In this document: in pieces, positions 37,141 through 46,553 of the stretch
Position numbering within the stretch: the stretch's first letter is position 1
How the letters are laid out: each line of letters begins with the position of its first letter
Source: Actinoallomurus sp.
Lineage (GTDB): Bacteria; Actinomycetota; Actinomycetes; Streptosporangiales; Streptosporangiaceae
Length of the DNA stretch: 64,000 bases
Direction of reading: 5' to 3'
NCBI GenBank assembly: GCA_025964685.1
Contig: JAOPYG010000037.1
Span: 12,742 to 76,741, forward strand
Notes under the pieces: model-generated
Database searches by the model: none
The model's input: only the letters and a program-made list of their open reading frames with translations
Told to the model about the DNA's origin: nothing
Position numbers and translations under genes: made by a program

Positions 37141-38160
37141 GTGGAACTGTGCGAGGCGGTACATCTGTGGCAGGCAGAGCCGGGATGGCTCAACACCGCG
37201 AGTTACGGGCTGCCGCCGCGGCCGACCGTCGACGCGGTGCGTACGGCGCTGCTCGAATGGCAGCGAGGGGCCGGTCCGTGGGCCGACTGGGACGCCTCCA
37301 CCGGGCGGGCGCGCGGCGCGTTCGCGCGGCTGGTCGGCGCCGAGCCCGCCGACGTCGCCGTCGGAGCCGCGGTCTCCCAGCTGCTGGCGCCGGTGGCCGC
37401 GTCGCTGCCCGCGGGCGCGAACGTCGTCGTGCCGGACATCGAGTTCACCTCGAACCTGTTCCCCTGGCTGGTTCAGGACCTGAACGTACGGACCGTGCCG
37501 CCGCACCGGCTCGCCGACGCGATCGACGGGCGTACGGCCGCGGTGGCGTTCAGCGTCGTGCAGTCGGCGACCGGTGAGGTCGCGCCCGTCGATGACATCG
37601 TCCGCGCCGCCCGCGCCGGTGGAGCACTGGTCGTCGCGGACGCCACCCAGGCGGTCGGCTGGCTGCCGGTCGACGCCACGCGCTTCGACGTCATGGCCTG
37701 TGCGGCGTACAAATGGCTGATGGCCCCGCGCGGAGCCGCGTTCTGTTACGTCTCACCGGCCGTGCGCGACCTGATCCGGCCCAGTGCCGCCGGCTGGTAC
37801 GCGGGGGAGGAGCACGCCTACTACGGGCCGCCGCTGCGGCTGGCCACCTCCGCGCGGCGGTTCGACATCTCGCCCGCGTGGTTCTCCTACGTCGGGGCCG
37901 TCCCGTCGCTGGAGCTGCTGACCGACATCGGGATCGAGCGGATCCGCGACCACAACGTCGCGCTGGCCGACCGGTTCATGGCCGGACTCGGCCTGCCGGC
38001 CGCCGGCAGCGCGATCGTCAGCGTGGACCGGCCCGACGCCGCGGAGCGACTGGAATCGGCGGGGATACGGGCGGCGGTGCGGGACGGGCGGCTGCGCGCC
38101 TCCTTCCATCTCTACACGACCGAGGCCGATGTCGACGCCGCGCTCAACGCGCTGACATAG
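37141..38160 (+). CDS. Class V PLP-dependent enzyme (cysteine desulfurase/kynureninase-like)
   Basis: LNTASYG, EFTSN, DATQAVG, AYKWLMAPRG, LRASFHLYT. Confidence 0.88.
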   Translation: MELCEAVHLWQAEPGWLNTASYGLPPRPTVDAVRTALLEWQRGAGPWADWDASTGRARGAFARLVGAEPADVAVGAAVSQLLAPVAASLPAGANVVVPDIEFTSNLFPWLVQDLNVRTVPPHRLADAIDGRTAAVAFSVVQSATGEVAPVDDIVRAARAGGALVVADATQAVGWLPVDATRFDVMACAAYKWLMAPRGAAFCYVSPAVRDLIRPSAAGWYAGEEHAYYGPPLRLATSARRFDISPAWFSYVGAVPSLELLTDIGIERIRDHNVALADRFMAGLGLPAAGSAIVSVDRPDAAERLESAGIRAAVRDGRLRASFHLYTTEADVDAALNALT

Positions 38161-38165
38161 CCATC

Positions 38166-38190
38166 TCCGCATTTAAGCCAAAAATGCGGA
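38166..38190. other. AT-rich inverted repeat (terminator or operator)
   Basis: TCCGCATTT-N7-AAATGCGGA. Confidence 0.45.
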
Positions 38191-38343
38191 AAATGTCATT
38201 CGTCCCGGCTCGATTGCGGCGTATGTTTTCTACGCCCAACACATGATGACGTGTGGCGAATATGCGCCGACGATAAAGCGCTAAGAGGCGAAATCGCGGA
38301 CGACGCGGCACCCGTACGCTCGGGCGACAGCAGGGACGTGGTC

Positions 38344-38778
38344 ATGTCTGAGATCACCGACGCACTTCGCGCGCAGTGCCTCGACTGGGCACGGAAGGAG
38401 TTCGACGGTGTGTACGTCAACCGGCACGGCGCGATCATCGTGCCGTTCGACAAGACGGTGGTCTTCGTCGAGGTGACCGCGGCGCTCACCGGGTCCGGCC
38501 GCGTGAACGTACGGGCGCCGGTGCTCCTGGATCTCGCGCTCACGCCGGAGGTCACCCGGCACGTCGCGGTGAACGGCGGCAACTTCCTCTTCGGCGCCCT
38601 CAGCTTCTTCGCGGAAGGCGACGCCGACGCGGCGACCCTGGAGTTCGACTACTCCCTTTTCGGTGAGACGGTCGACGAGGCCGTCCTCGCCGCGACCGTA
38701 CGGCTCGTAGCGGACAGTTCCGCGTGCGTCCAGGAGCGGCTGCGCCCGCGTTTCGGCGGACGAACGATTCTCGAGTGA
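38344..38778 (+). CDS. YbjN / T3SS-chaperone-like fold protein
   Basis: Acidic ~144 aa; VNVRAPVL, NGGNFLFG, YSLFGETVD, FGG C-terminus. Confidence 0.6.
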   Translation: MSEITDALRAQCLDWARKEFDGVYVNRHGAIIVPFDKTVVFVEVTAALTGSGRVNVRAPVLLDLALTPEVTRHVAVNGGNFLFGALSFFAEGDADAATLEFDYSLFGETVDEAVLAATVRLVADSSACVQERLRPRFGGRTILE

Positions 38779-39007
38779 CCGAGACGGCCGAACCTGGCCG
38801 CATCGGCGAGGCGGCCACGCCCCCGGGCTCGTGATCATGACCTGGGGCGACGACCGGTGGCGTGGCCGGTGATCCACTGACACCTCTATGAGTGACATGT
38901 CCGAGATCGGTGTTTTCTCCTGAGTTCAATGTGTCAAATGGGACGACCTCCTACACTTCTGGCATTCGTCGTGGATCACACGAGGACCTCCGAGGAGGTT
39001 GCTCAAT

Positions 39008-40177
39008 ATGCCCAGCCGCCGTCGGAAAGTGGCGCCGTCCGGTTCACAGCCACGGAGAAGCGTCATGGTTCGCCTGGTCAACCGGGTCTCCGCGGCCGGA
39101 ACGGCGATCGTCGTGGCGCTCGGCCTGGTGCTGGCCGCCATCGTCGAGCAGAGGGCGTTTCCGGTGGGGTCCTCGCACCGGCCGGTGGCCGTTCCCGGGC
39201 CGGGGCGCGGCAGCGCGCGGCCGTCGTCCTCCCGTTCCGAGCACCGGCGGAAGCCGGTTAGCCCGGCCACCCTGCTGAACCACCAGGTCCAGCGGGTCGC
39301 GGTGAGTGAGCGGGGCCCGGCCGCGCGCAGCGAGTTCGGCGTGCGGAAGGTCGCCTCACCGGTCGTCCGGCTCACCCGGCTCGACAAGAGGCGTACGTGG
39401 GCGTTCGGCACCGAGGCGATCCCGCCGCCACGCGGCAGCAGCGCCATGCCGGAGGCGTCGGTGTTCGTCGCCCGCGCCACCGGGAGTACCTGGAAGGTGG
39501 CGCTGGCCGGCGCCCCGGAGTTCGCCGCTCTGCTGCGCAAGGCGCCCGTGTCCGTGGTGCCCGCCGACGAGCGGAGCGCGCTGCTGCGCTACGACGCCTC
39601 GGTCGAGCACGCACGTGACGGGCTGATGTTGCCCTGGACCGCCGGCCAGTCGTGGACGCTCGTGCCGACCGAGCGAGGACTGTCCTTCGGCGGCGGGGAC
39701 GGCCGGGTGCTCGCCGCCACGTCCGGACGCCTCTACCGGCTGTGCTCGCCGACTCCGGACCGCGGGTTGGTCCTCGTGGTCGGCGCCGACGGGACGGCCA
39801 CGGAGTACTACCAGCTGGATCAGCTCACCGAGGTGCCCGACGGCGGTCTCGTCCAACGCGGCGACTACCTCGGCCGCACCAGCGCCGACCAGCCGTGCGG
39901 CGGAGGTGCCGCGCTCGGCCCGCTCGTACGCTTCGGCCTGCGGAACGCCGACGGCCCGATCGCCATCGACGGCCTGCGGATCGGCGGCTGGACCCTCCAC
40001 GAGATCCCCGGGTCCACCTTCGCCGAGCACGACGGCCTGCGCGTCGAGCCGGGCAACCCCCTGCTCAACTTCGGGATCACGGCGACGCCCAGCCCGAGTC
40101 CGTCGAAGTCCGGTGGCCGCTCCCCGGACGTTCCTCCTCTGCTCGGCCCGTCCGGGGGCCTCGATGACCAGACCTGA
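39008..40177 (+). CDS. Exported M23/LasA-like protein lacking zinc ligands
   Basis: LPWTAGQSW, GGDGRVLAA, TEYYQL, VQRGDYLG, GPLVRF; GAGGAGG RBS before ATG 39008. Confidence 0.7.
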   Translation: MPSRRRKVAPSGSQPRRSVMVRLVNRVSAAGTAIVVALGLVLAAIVEQRAFPVGSSHRPVAVPGPGRGSARPSSSRSEHRRKPVSPATLLNHQVQRVAVSERGPAARSEFGVRKVASPVVRLTRLDKRRTWAFGTEAIPPPRGSSAMPEASVFVARATGSTWKVALAGAPEFAALLRKAPVSVVPADERSALLRYDASVEHARDGLMLPWTAGQSWTLVPTERGLSFGGGDGRVLAATSGRLYRLCSPTPDRGLVLVVGADGTATEYYQLDQLTEVPDGGLVQRGDYLGRTSADQPCGGGAALGPLVRFGLRNADGPIAIDGLRIGGWTLHEIPGSTFAEHDGLRVEPGNPLLNFGITATPSPSPSKSGGRSPDVPPLLGPSGGLDDQT

Positions 40178-40952
40178 GCCAGTGCTCGCCGAGGGCCGTC
40201 GTCGTGGAACCCGGCCCTTGGTCATCACGCTGCTGCTCCTCGCCACGGTGCTCACGGCGGCGCGTACGCAAGCGGGTGCCGCCGTGGTCATGGGCGCGCA
40301 ACGTTTCCTGGAGTTCTACTCGGGCGTCTTCGCGCTGCTCGCGCTGACGGGCGCCGTCGTCAGCGGCGTCGGCGCGGCGCAGCGCCTCGTGCCGATCCGC
40401 TTCCGGATCCTCGCCCAGGCGATGCACCGCGCGATGGCGGTGCTGGCCGTCGGTTTCCTGGCGGCACACGTTCTGTTGAAGATCATGGAGGCGCACGCGA
40501 CGGTCCTGGACGCCGTCGTGCCGTTCGCCGGCGGTCGCGGCCGGGTCCTCTACGTCGGGCTGGGCACCATCGCGGCGGACCTGCTGATCCTGGTGCTGGC
40601 CACCGGGGTGGTCCGCGGCCGTTTCGTCGCGCGTTCCCGGCCGTGGATCTGGCGGACCGTGCACGCGACGGCGTACGTGATGTGGCCGCTCGCCGTGATC
40701 CACGGGCTCAGCGCGGGCCGTACGCCGAAGGCCTGGGTGACCTGGAGCTACGTCCTCTGTTTCGCCGTGGTGATGGTCGCGACGGTGAGCCGGCTGCCGC
40801 GCCTGGTGCGCGACCGGCGGATGCTCCGCGCCCGGGCGCCCGGCTCGCACGCGCGTACGCCGGACGGTGGATCGCGGACGGACGTGCCCGACGAGAGGTT
40901 CTGGGCGTCGCTTCGCGCGGAGGCGGCCAACTGGTCCGGAGGACGGCGATGA
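40164..40952 (+). CDS. Ferric-reductase-like transmembrane (bis-heme) protein
   Basis: His pairs QAMH-x13-H and WRTVH-x12-H in TM helices. Confidence 0.8.
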   Translation: MTRPEPVLAEGRRRGTRPLVITLLLLATVLTAARTQAGAAVVMGAQRFLEFYSGVFALLALTGAVVSGVGAAQRLVPIRFRILAQAMHRAMAVLAVGFLAAHVLLKIMEAHATVLDAVVPFAGGRGRVLYVGLGTIAADLLILVLATGVVRGRFVARSRPWIWRTVHATAYVMWPLAVIHGLSAGRTPKAWVTWSYVLCFAVVMVATVSRLPRLVRDRRMLRARAPGSHARTPDGGSRTDVPDERFWASLRAEAANWSGGRR

Positions 40953-42454
40953 CGGAGTTCCGGTACCTCAGTCCCGTCCGGCTCGGTTCCGGGCTCGACC
41001 GGTTGCGGCGCGTCGACCTTGGCTCGCACCGCGCCATCCACGGCGCCTTCCGCCGCCGGCGCCTTCGCGAGCTGGTCGCCCTCGCCGAAAAGGTCGACCT
41101 GCGCGGACGCGGCGGTGCCGCCTTCCCGTTCGCCCGCAAGGTCAACGCCGTGGTCTCGGCGGCACGCGCGCGCGACTGCCGGCCGGTCGTGCTCGTCAAC
41201 GCCACGGAGGGCGAACCGGCCAGCGCCAAGGACAAGTTCCTCATGGCCCGTACGCCGCACCTGATCCTGGACGGCGCGGTGCTCGCCGCCGTGGCGCTCG
41301 GCGCTCGGGAGATCGTCGTCGCGGTGACCGACCAGGGCGCGGCCGCACGGTCGCTCCGCACCGCTGTGGCCGAGAGCGGGCTCGGCGGCTTCGTACGCCT
41401 GGTCAGGTTGCCCGAGCGGTTCGTCACCGGTGAGGGCGGGGCGCTCGTCAACGGCGTCAACGGAGGTCCCGCGATTCCGCCGGGCCGCAAGGTCCGGGCC
41501 GCGCACTCCGGCGTGGACGGGCTGCCCACCCTCCTGTCCAACGCCGAGACGTTCGCCCAGCTGACGCTGGTGTCCCGGCTCGGGGCGGACCTGTACGCGG
41601 CGGTGGGCACGGCCGCCGAACCGGGCACCGTGCTCCTGACGATCTGGGGCTCCGACGGGCGGCCGTGCGTCGTCGAGACGCCGGCCGGCGTCCCGCTCGC
41701 GCAGGTGCTCGACCTGGCCGGCGCCGACCGGGGTCAGGGCGTCCTGATCGGCGGCTACCACGGCGCCTGGATCACGCCCTCGGCCGCGAACCGGGCGCTC
41801 GTCTCGCGCGAGAGCATCGCCAAGGCGGGCGGCGCCCTCGGCGCCGGCATCATCCTGCCCCTCGCCGCAGACGTCTGCCCGCTCGGCGAGGTCGCCCGGG
41901 TGGCGGCCTACCTCGGCGCCGAGTCGGCGGGGCAGTGCGGCCCGTGCCGGCTGGGCGTGCCGGCCATCGCCCGGTCACTGGACGCCCTCACCTCCGGCGA
42001 CATCGGCGCTGAGGCGCTGACCGCGATCCGGCAGGGCACCGAGACGGTACGGGGCCGTGGGGCCTGCCACCATCCGGACGGCGCCGCGCGGTTCGTCACG
42101 TCCGCGCTCACGGCGTTCGCCGCCGACGTGGAGGTGCACCTGGCCCGCGGCACGTGCGGGCGCCCGGTGCGCGGACTACTGCCGATCGGCGGCACGCCCG
42201 TCGTGCCGGAGACGGAGGACACGGGCCTGAGCCTGACCGTGGACTGGACGCGCTGCGCGGCGCACGGCCTGTGCGGGCACCTGGTCCCCGAGCTGGTCCG
42301 CCTGGACGAGCACGGCTTTCCGGTCGTCGCCGGCGCGGGAGTGCCGCGGAGGCTGCTCCGGGACGCCCATCAGGCCGTCGACATGTGCCCCGCCCTCGCG
42401 CTGCGGCTCAGCGGCGCCACCGCCGACGCACCCCGTGCCGGGGCCACGCGCTAG
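40949..42454 (+). CDS. NuoF-like NADH/FMN-binding Fe-S protein fused to a C-terminal ferredoxin
   Basis: LRGRGGAAFP, NATEGEP, GEGGAL, ESAGQCGPC, GACHHPDG; VDWTRCAAHGLC...CP. Confidence 0.88.
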   Translation: MTEFRYLSPVRLGSGLDRLRRVDLGSHRAIHGAFRRRRLRELVALAEKVDLRGRGGAAFPFARKVNAVVSAARARDCRPVVLVNATEGEPASAKDKFLMARTPHLILDGAVLAAVALGAREIVVAVTDQGAAARSLRTAVAESGLGGFVRLVRLPERFVTGEGGALVNGVNGGPAIPPGRKVRAAHSGVDGLPTLLSNAETFAQLTLVSRLGADLYAAVGTAAEPGTVLLTIWGSDGRPCVVETPAGVPLAQVLDLAGADRGQGVLIGGYHGAWITPSAANRALVSRESIAKAGGALGAGIILPLAADVCPLGEVARVAAYLGAESAGQCGPCRLGVPAIARSLDALTSGDIGAEALTAIRQGTETVRGRGACHHPDGAARFVTSALTAFAADVEVHLARGTCGRPVRGLLPIGGTPVVPETEDTGLSLTVDWTRCAAHGLCGHLVPELVRLDEHGFPVVAGAGVPRRLLRDAHQAVDMCPALALRLSGATADAPRAGATR

Positions 42455-42496
42455 GGGTATCGCGATATAACTTGTTTTCGCCGCATCTTCCGTTCT

Positions 42497-42514
42497 ATAT
42501 TCGGCTACGAATAT
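42497..42514. promoter_or_regulatory. PadR autoregulatory operator (putative)
   Basis: ATATTCG-GCTA-CGAATAT just before padR. Confidence 0.55.
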
Positions 42515-42530
42515 GACGGAGGTGACGGCG

Positions 42531-43217
42531 ATGACCCGGCGGCGCGGGCTGACGAGTCCTCTGGCGCTGTCCGTGCTGGCCACCCTCAGCGAGGGGCCGA
42601 TGCACCCGTACGAGATCGCCCGGCTTCTGCGGCACCGCGGCAAGGACCAGTCGATCAAGATCCGCTACGGCTCGCTCTACACCGTCGTGCAGAACCTCGA
42701 GAAGCGCGGCCTCGTCGCCACCGCGGGCACCGCGCGGGCCGGCCGCCGTCCGGAGCGCACCGTCTACCGGCTCACCGACGACGGCCAGGAGGAGCTCGAA
42801 GACCGGCTGCGGGAGCTGGTGGGCCGGCCCGTCAAGGAGTATCCGGCGTTCGAGGCGGCGCTGTCGCTGGCAGGTGTGCTGCCGCCGGACGAGATCATCG
42901 GGCTGCTCGCCGACCGGGTACGGCTCCTCGACGTCGAGCTGGCCGGGGCGCGGGCCGCCCTGCGTGAACTCATCGCCGAACAGCGGCTGCCCAGAATCTT
43001 CCTCATCGAGTCGGAGTACGCCGTGGCCATGAAACAGGCCGAGGCCGACTGGGTGCGCGGTCTCATCGAAGAGCTGGCCGACGGCACGCTCGAAGGCGTC
43101 GACCATTGGCGCACCTGGCACCGGACCGGGGAGTTCCCCGCCGAATGGATGGAGCGCGGGTGGGCCAAGACCGATCGCGCGATGCACCCCGAAAGCGAGG
43201 TCGATGAGCCCGGATAG
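42531..43217 (+). CDS. PadR family transcriptional regulator
   Basis: PMHPYEI, GSLY, RPERTVYRLTDDG; start 42513 or 42531 (GGAGG RBS favours the latter). Confidence 0.92.
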   Translation: MTRRRGLTSPLALSVLATLSEGPMHPYEIARLLRHRGKDQSIKIRYGSLYTVVQNLEKRGLVATAGTARAGRRPERTVYRLTDDGQEELEDRLRELVGRPVKEYPAFEAALSLAGVLPPDEIIGLLADRVRLLDVELAGARAALRELIAEQRLPRIFLIESEYAVAMKQAEADWVRGLIEELADGTLEGVDHWRTWHRTGEFPAEWMERGWAKTDRAMHPESEVDEPG

Positions 43218-43392
43218 CCAGAGCTCAACGTGAGAACCCCCGGCTCGGTGCGCCAGTCCGCCTAGACAAAGAACACCGTGCCGGGGCCGCCACACCAGCG
43301 AGCCGATGCCGAGGCGCGGCGTGTCCCAGAGTACCCGGGACGCCCTCCTTCGGCCGGTTCGGCCATGACCCATGACCGAAGGAGCACAGTTC

Positions 43393-44418
43393 ATGTCATC
43401 GACGCGGAACGCCATCGAGGCGCGCGGCCTCGTCAAGACCTATCCGTCGCGGGGCGAGCCCGAAGGCATCCGTGCCCTCGACGGGCTCGACATCACCGTC
43501 CCGCGCGGCACCGTGTTCGGCCTGCTGGGCCCGAACGGCGCCGGCAAGTCCACCGCCGTCAAGATCCTCACCACCCTGGCCCGTCCCGACGACGGCACCG
43601 CGACCGTGGCGGGCATCGACGTACTGCGCCGGCCCGACCGGGTACGGCGCGCGATCGGCGTCGTCGCGCAGCGGTCCGGCAGCGACCCGATGGCCACCGG
43701 CAGGGAGAACCTCGTCCTCCAGGGACGCCTGTACGGGCTCGGTGCCTCCGCCAGGACCCGCGCGGACGAGCTGCTCGATCGCTTCGATCTGATGGCCGCC
43801 GCCGGCCGCCTCGTCAAGACCTACTCCGGTGGCATGCAACGCCGGCTCGACGTCGCCCTCGGGCTCATGCACCGCCCCCAGGTGCTGTTCCTGGACGAAC
43901 CCACGACCGGGCTGGACCCGGAGGCCCGCACCGCCATGTGGCGGGAGATCGCCAGGCTCGCCGGAGATGAGGGCCTGACCGTCCTCCTGACCACCCACTA
44001 CCTGGAGGAGGCGGACCGGCTCGCCGGCAGCCTCGCCATCGTCGACCGCGGCCGGGTCGTCGCCGAGGGCACGCCCGATGACCTCAAGGGCGGGCTGAAC
44101 GGTGACGCGGTGCACCTGGAGCTGGCCGGGGACGGCGACCCCGAGACGGCGCGGGGAGTGCTGGCCGCGCTGCCCGGCGTACGGGACGTTCTCGTCGCCG
44201 GGCGCAGCGTCAGCGCGCACAGCGACGACGGCGCCGTGGCCGCACCGGGCATCCTGGCCGCCCTCGAGCGGGCCGGGGCGCCGGCCGCGTCCGTGACGGT
44301 CGCCCGGCCCTCGCTGGACGACGTCTACCTGCGGCACACCGGACGCCGCTACAGCGAGACCGAGACCCCGGCGCCGGCCGCGGGCGCGACGAATGACCTG
44401 CAGAAGGCGAGCCGATGA
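43393..44418 (+). CDS. ABC exporter ATP-binding protein (DrrA-like)
   Basis: GPNGAGKS, YSGGMQRR, LDEPTTGLD, PSLDDVY. Confidence 0.93.
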   Translation: MSSTRNAIEARGLVKTYPSRGEPEGIRALDGLDITVPRGTVFGLLGPNGAGKSTAVKILTTLARPDDGTATVAGIDVLRRPDRVRRAIGVVAQRSGSDPMATGRENLVLQGRLYGLGASARTRADELLDRFDLMAAAGRLVKTYSGGMQRRLDVALGLMHRPQVLFLDEPTTGLDPEARTAMWREIARLAGDEGLTVLLTTHYLEEADRLAGSLAIVDRGRVVAEGTPDDLKGGLNGDAVHLELAGDGDPETARGVLAALPGVRDVLVAGRSVSAHSDDGAVAAPGILAALERAGAPAASVTVARPSLDDVYLRHTGRRYSETETPAPAAGATNDLQKASR

Positions 44419-45209
44419 TGACGACCGCACCGTTCGGCACCACGATCAACCACACCTGGCACCTGACCGGCCGGCGGCTGCACGCCGTGCTGCGGCAGCC
44501 CGCGTTCGTCGTGATCAGCGTGATCCAGCCGGCGATCTGGCTGTTCCTGTTCGGCCAGCTGTTCCGCAGGGTCGTCGACATCCCCGGCTTCGGCGGCGGC
44601 TCCTACCTCGACTACCTGATCCCCGGCATCGTCGCGATGAACGCGATGTCGGCGAACATGTGGGCCGGCATGGGCGCGATGGAGGAGATCGAGCGGGGAA
44701 CCCTCAACCGCTTCCTCGTCTCCCCGGCGAGCCGTGTCGCGCTGATGAACGCCAACGTCGTGGAGCTCGCCGTCAACACCACCGTGCAGTCGGTGATCAT
44801 CCTGCTGCTCGGATGGTTCGGCGGTGCCCACTACCCGGGCGGCATCGCCGGGCCGGTCGTGGTGGTCGTCGCGTCGATCCTGCTCGGTACCGTGTTCGGC
44901 ACGCTGTCGAACGCCTGCGGGATGCTCGTGCGGCAGCGCGAGGCGATCATCGGGATCAACATCTTCTTCCTGCTGCCGCTGACGTTCCTGTCCTCGGCCT
45001 TCATGGCGCCCTCGCTGATGCCGGGCTGGATGCGGCACATCGCGGCGTGCAACCCGCTCAACTGGGCGGTGCAGGCGGGCCGGTCGGCGCTCAGCGTCGA
45101 CCCGGACTGGAGCGGTGTGGCGGTCCGGTGCGGGGGCCTGCTCGCTCTCGCGGTCGTGTGCGTCGCCATTTCGGTGGCGACATTCCGGTCGTACCAGAAG
45201 AGCGTATAA
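44415..45209 (+). CDS. ABC-2 exporter permease (DrrB-like)
   Basis: YLDYLIPG, FLSSAF, NPLNW; about 6 TM. Confidence 0.92.
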   Translation: MMTTAPFGTTINHTWHLTGRRLHAVLRQPAFVVISVIQPAIWLFLFGQLFRRVVDIPGFGGGSYLDYLIPGIVAMNAMSANMWAGMGAMEEIERGTLNRFLVSPASRVALMNANVVELAVNTTVQSVIILLLGWFGGAHYPGGIAGPVVVVVASILLGTVFGTLSNACGMLVRQREAIIGINIFFLLPLTFLSSAFMAPSLMPGWMRHIAACNPLNWAVQAGRSALSVDPDWSGVAVRCGGLLALAVVCVAISVATFRSYQKSV

Positions 45210-45577
45210 GGCGTCGCTACGCTTCAGGAATGAATGCCGTTAAATGAACATATTGTGGGGCTATTAGCCTGGAGTCGGGCTTCATCCCCCGCCCGCCGGA
45301 TGATCGCTGCAGCCGTGCGGGGCGCCCCGAGCCACGGATGGCCGGGGCGCCCCGCACAGTGGGATCCGCGCGGTCGCGGTATGGCGGCCCTGACGATCGA
45401 ACGTCACGAACAGGGCCACCGTCGTTCGGGCCCCCCGAAAGCACCCAAGCGTTCGAGGTTTCCGTGACGGAGTCTAGACACAAGCAAATCTTTATTTAAT
45501 TGCTTCCCGCAAAAAAGCAATCAGCTCGGGGGACATAACAGTTTATACACCGACAAGAACTGGGGCTCAGGGTTATC

Positions 45578-45721
45578 TCAGGGTTCATCCGCGCGGACGA
45601 GAGCCGGTCCGAGCGCTTGGTTCTCCCAGCGTTCCTGCGGCGTCTGCGGGCCGGTGCGCACGATGTAGTCCGCCTCGTACGCCTCGTACGCCTCGGCGGC
45701 GATGAGGCGCCGGGCCGTCAC
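45578..45721 (-). CDS. 47-aa ORF or remnant at the end of the sugar ABC operon
   Basis: GTG 16 nt after the permease stop: MTARRLIAAEAYEAYEADYIVRTGPQTPQERWENQ...; GC3-rich codons. Confidence 0.35.
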   Translation of the reverse strand: MTARRLIAAEAYEAYEADYIVRTGPQTPQERWENQALGPALVRADEP

Positions 45722-45737
45722 GGCGGGGTTCCCGGAC

Positions 45738-46553
45738 TCAGCCCTTGACCGCGCCGGAGAGCATCCCCCGGATGAACTGCCGCTGGAAGAACAGGTAGAG
45801 GCCGACGACCGGCACCGAGATCAGCAGCGCCGCGGCGGCGAGCAGGTTGATCTTCACCAGGTAGCGGCCGGAGAAGGCGCCGAGCCCGAGTGTCAGCGGC
45901 TGGTGCGCGGGGTCGGACACGAGGATCAGGGAGAGAAAGTAGTCGTTCCAGGTCCACATGAAGCTCAGCAGCACCAGTGTCGTGATCGCCGGCCTGGAGA
46001 TCGGGAGATAGATGCGCCACAGCCTGGTCCAGGAGTTCGCGCCGTCCATCTCGGCCGACTCGCCGATGCCGGCCGGGACGGTACGGAACGCGGCGCGCAT
46101 CCAGAAGGTGCCGAAGCTCACCGACATGCCGACGTGGGCGAGGATGATGCCCTGATAGGTGTCGGTGAGATGGAACGACAGGAAGTCGTAGTACAGCGGG
46201 ACGACGATCGACTCCATCGGGATCATGATCCCGAGCAGGATGAGCGGGAACAGCGCCTTCTCGCCCACCACCCCGAGGACGCCGAAGGCATAGCCGCTCA
46301 TCACCGCGAGCACCGTGGACAGCACGACGACACTGCCCGTGATGATCATGCTCGACTTGAGGAAGTGGGTGAAGCCCGCCTGTGTCCAGGCGGTGACGAA
46401 GTTCGACCACTGGGGGTGGCCGAGGTCGAGCGTGCCCGTGGTGCTGGGGCTGACCGCGACTCCGAGGATCCACACGATGGGGAACAGGACGCTCACGGCG
46501 AGAAGCGTCAGCAGCGTGTAGTTGAAGATCTTTTCTCGCTTGGTGATCGTCAT
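45738..46553 (-). CDS. Carbohydrate ABC permease (MalG-like)
   Basis: ESAEMDGA EAA loop, WNDY, FQRQFIRG..GAVKG. Confidence 0.93.
   Translation of the reverse strand: MTITKREKIFNYTLLTLLAVSVLFPIVWILGVAVSPSTTGTLDLGHPQWSNFVTAWTQAGFTHFLKSSMIITGSVVVLSTVLAVMSGYAFGVLGVVGEKALFPLILLGIMIPMESIVVPLYYDFLSFHLTDTYQGIILAHVGMSVSFGTFWMRAAFRTVPAGIGESAEMDGANSWTRLWRIYLPISRPAITTLVLLSFMWTWNDYFLSLILVSDPAHQPLTLGLGAFSGRYLVKINLLAAAALLISVPVVGLYLFFQRQFIRGMLSGAVKG

Noticed and set aside
40949-42454. Complex I nuoF gene
   Set aside because: No nuo operon; the first Fe-S Cys is replaced (ESAGQC) and there is a ferredoxin fusion, typical of standalone NuoF-like proteins
45672-45695. GCCTCGTAC tandem repeat
   Set aside because: Only about 2.5 copies, encoding EAYEAYEA in a tiny ORF; likely slippage, not a functional array
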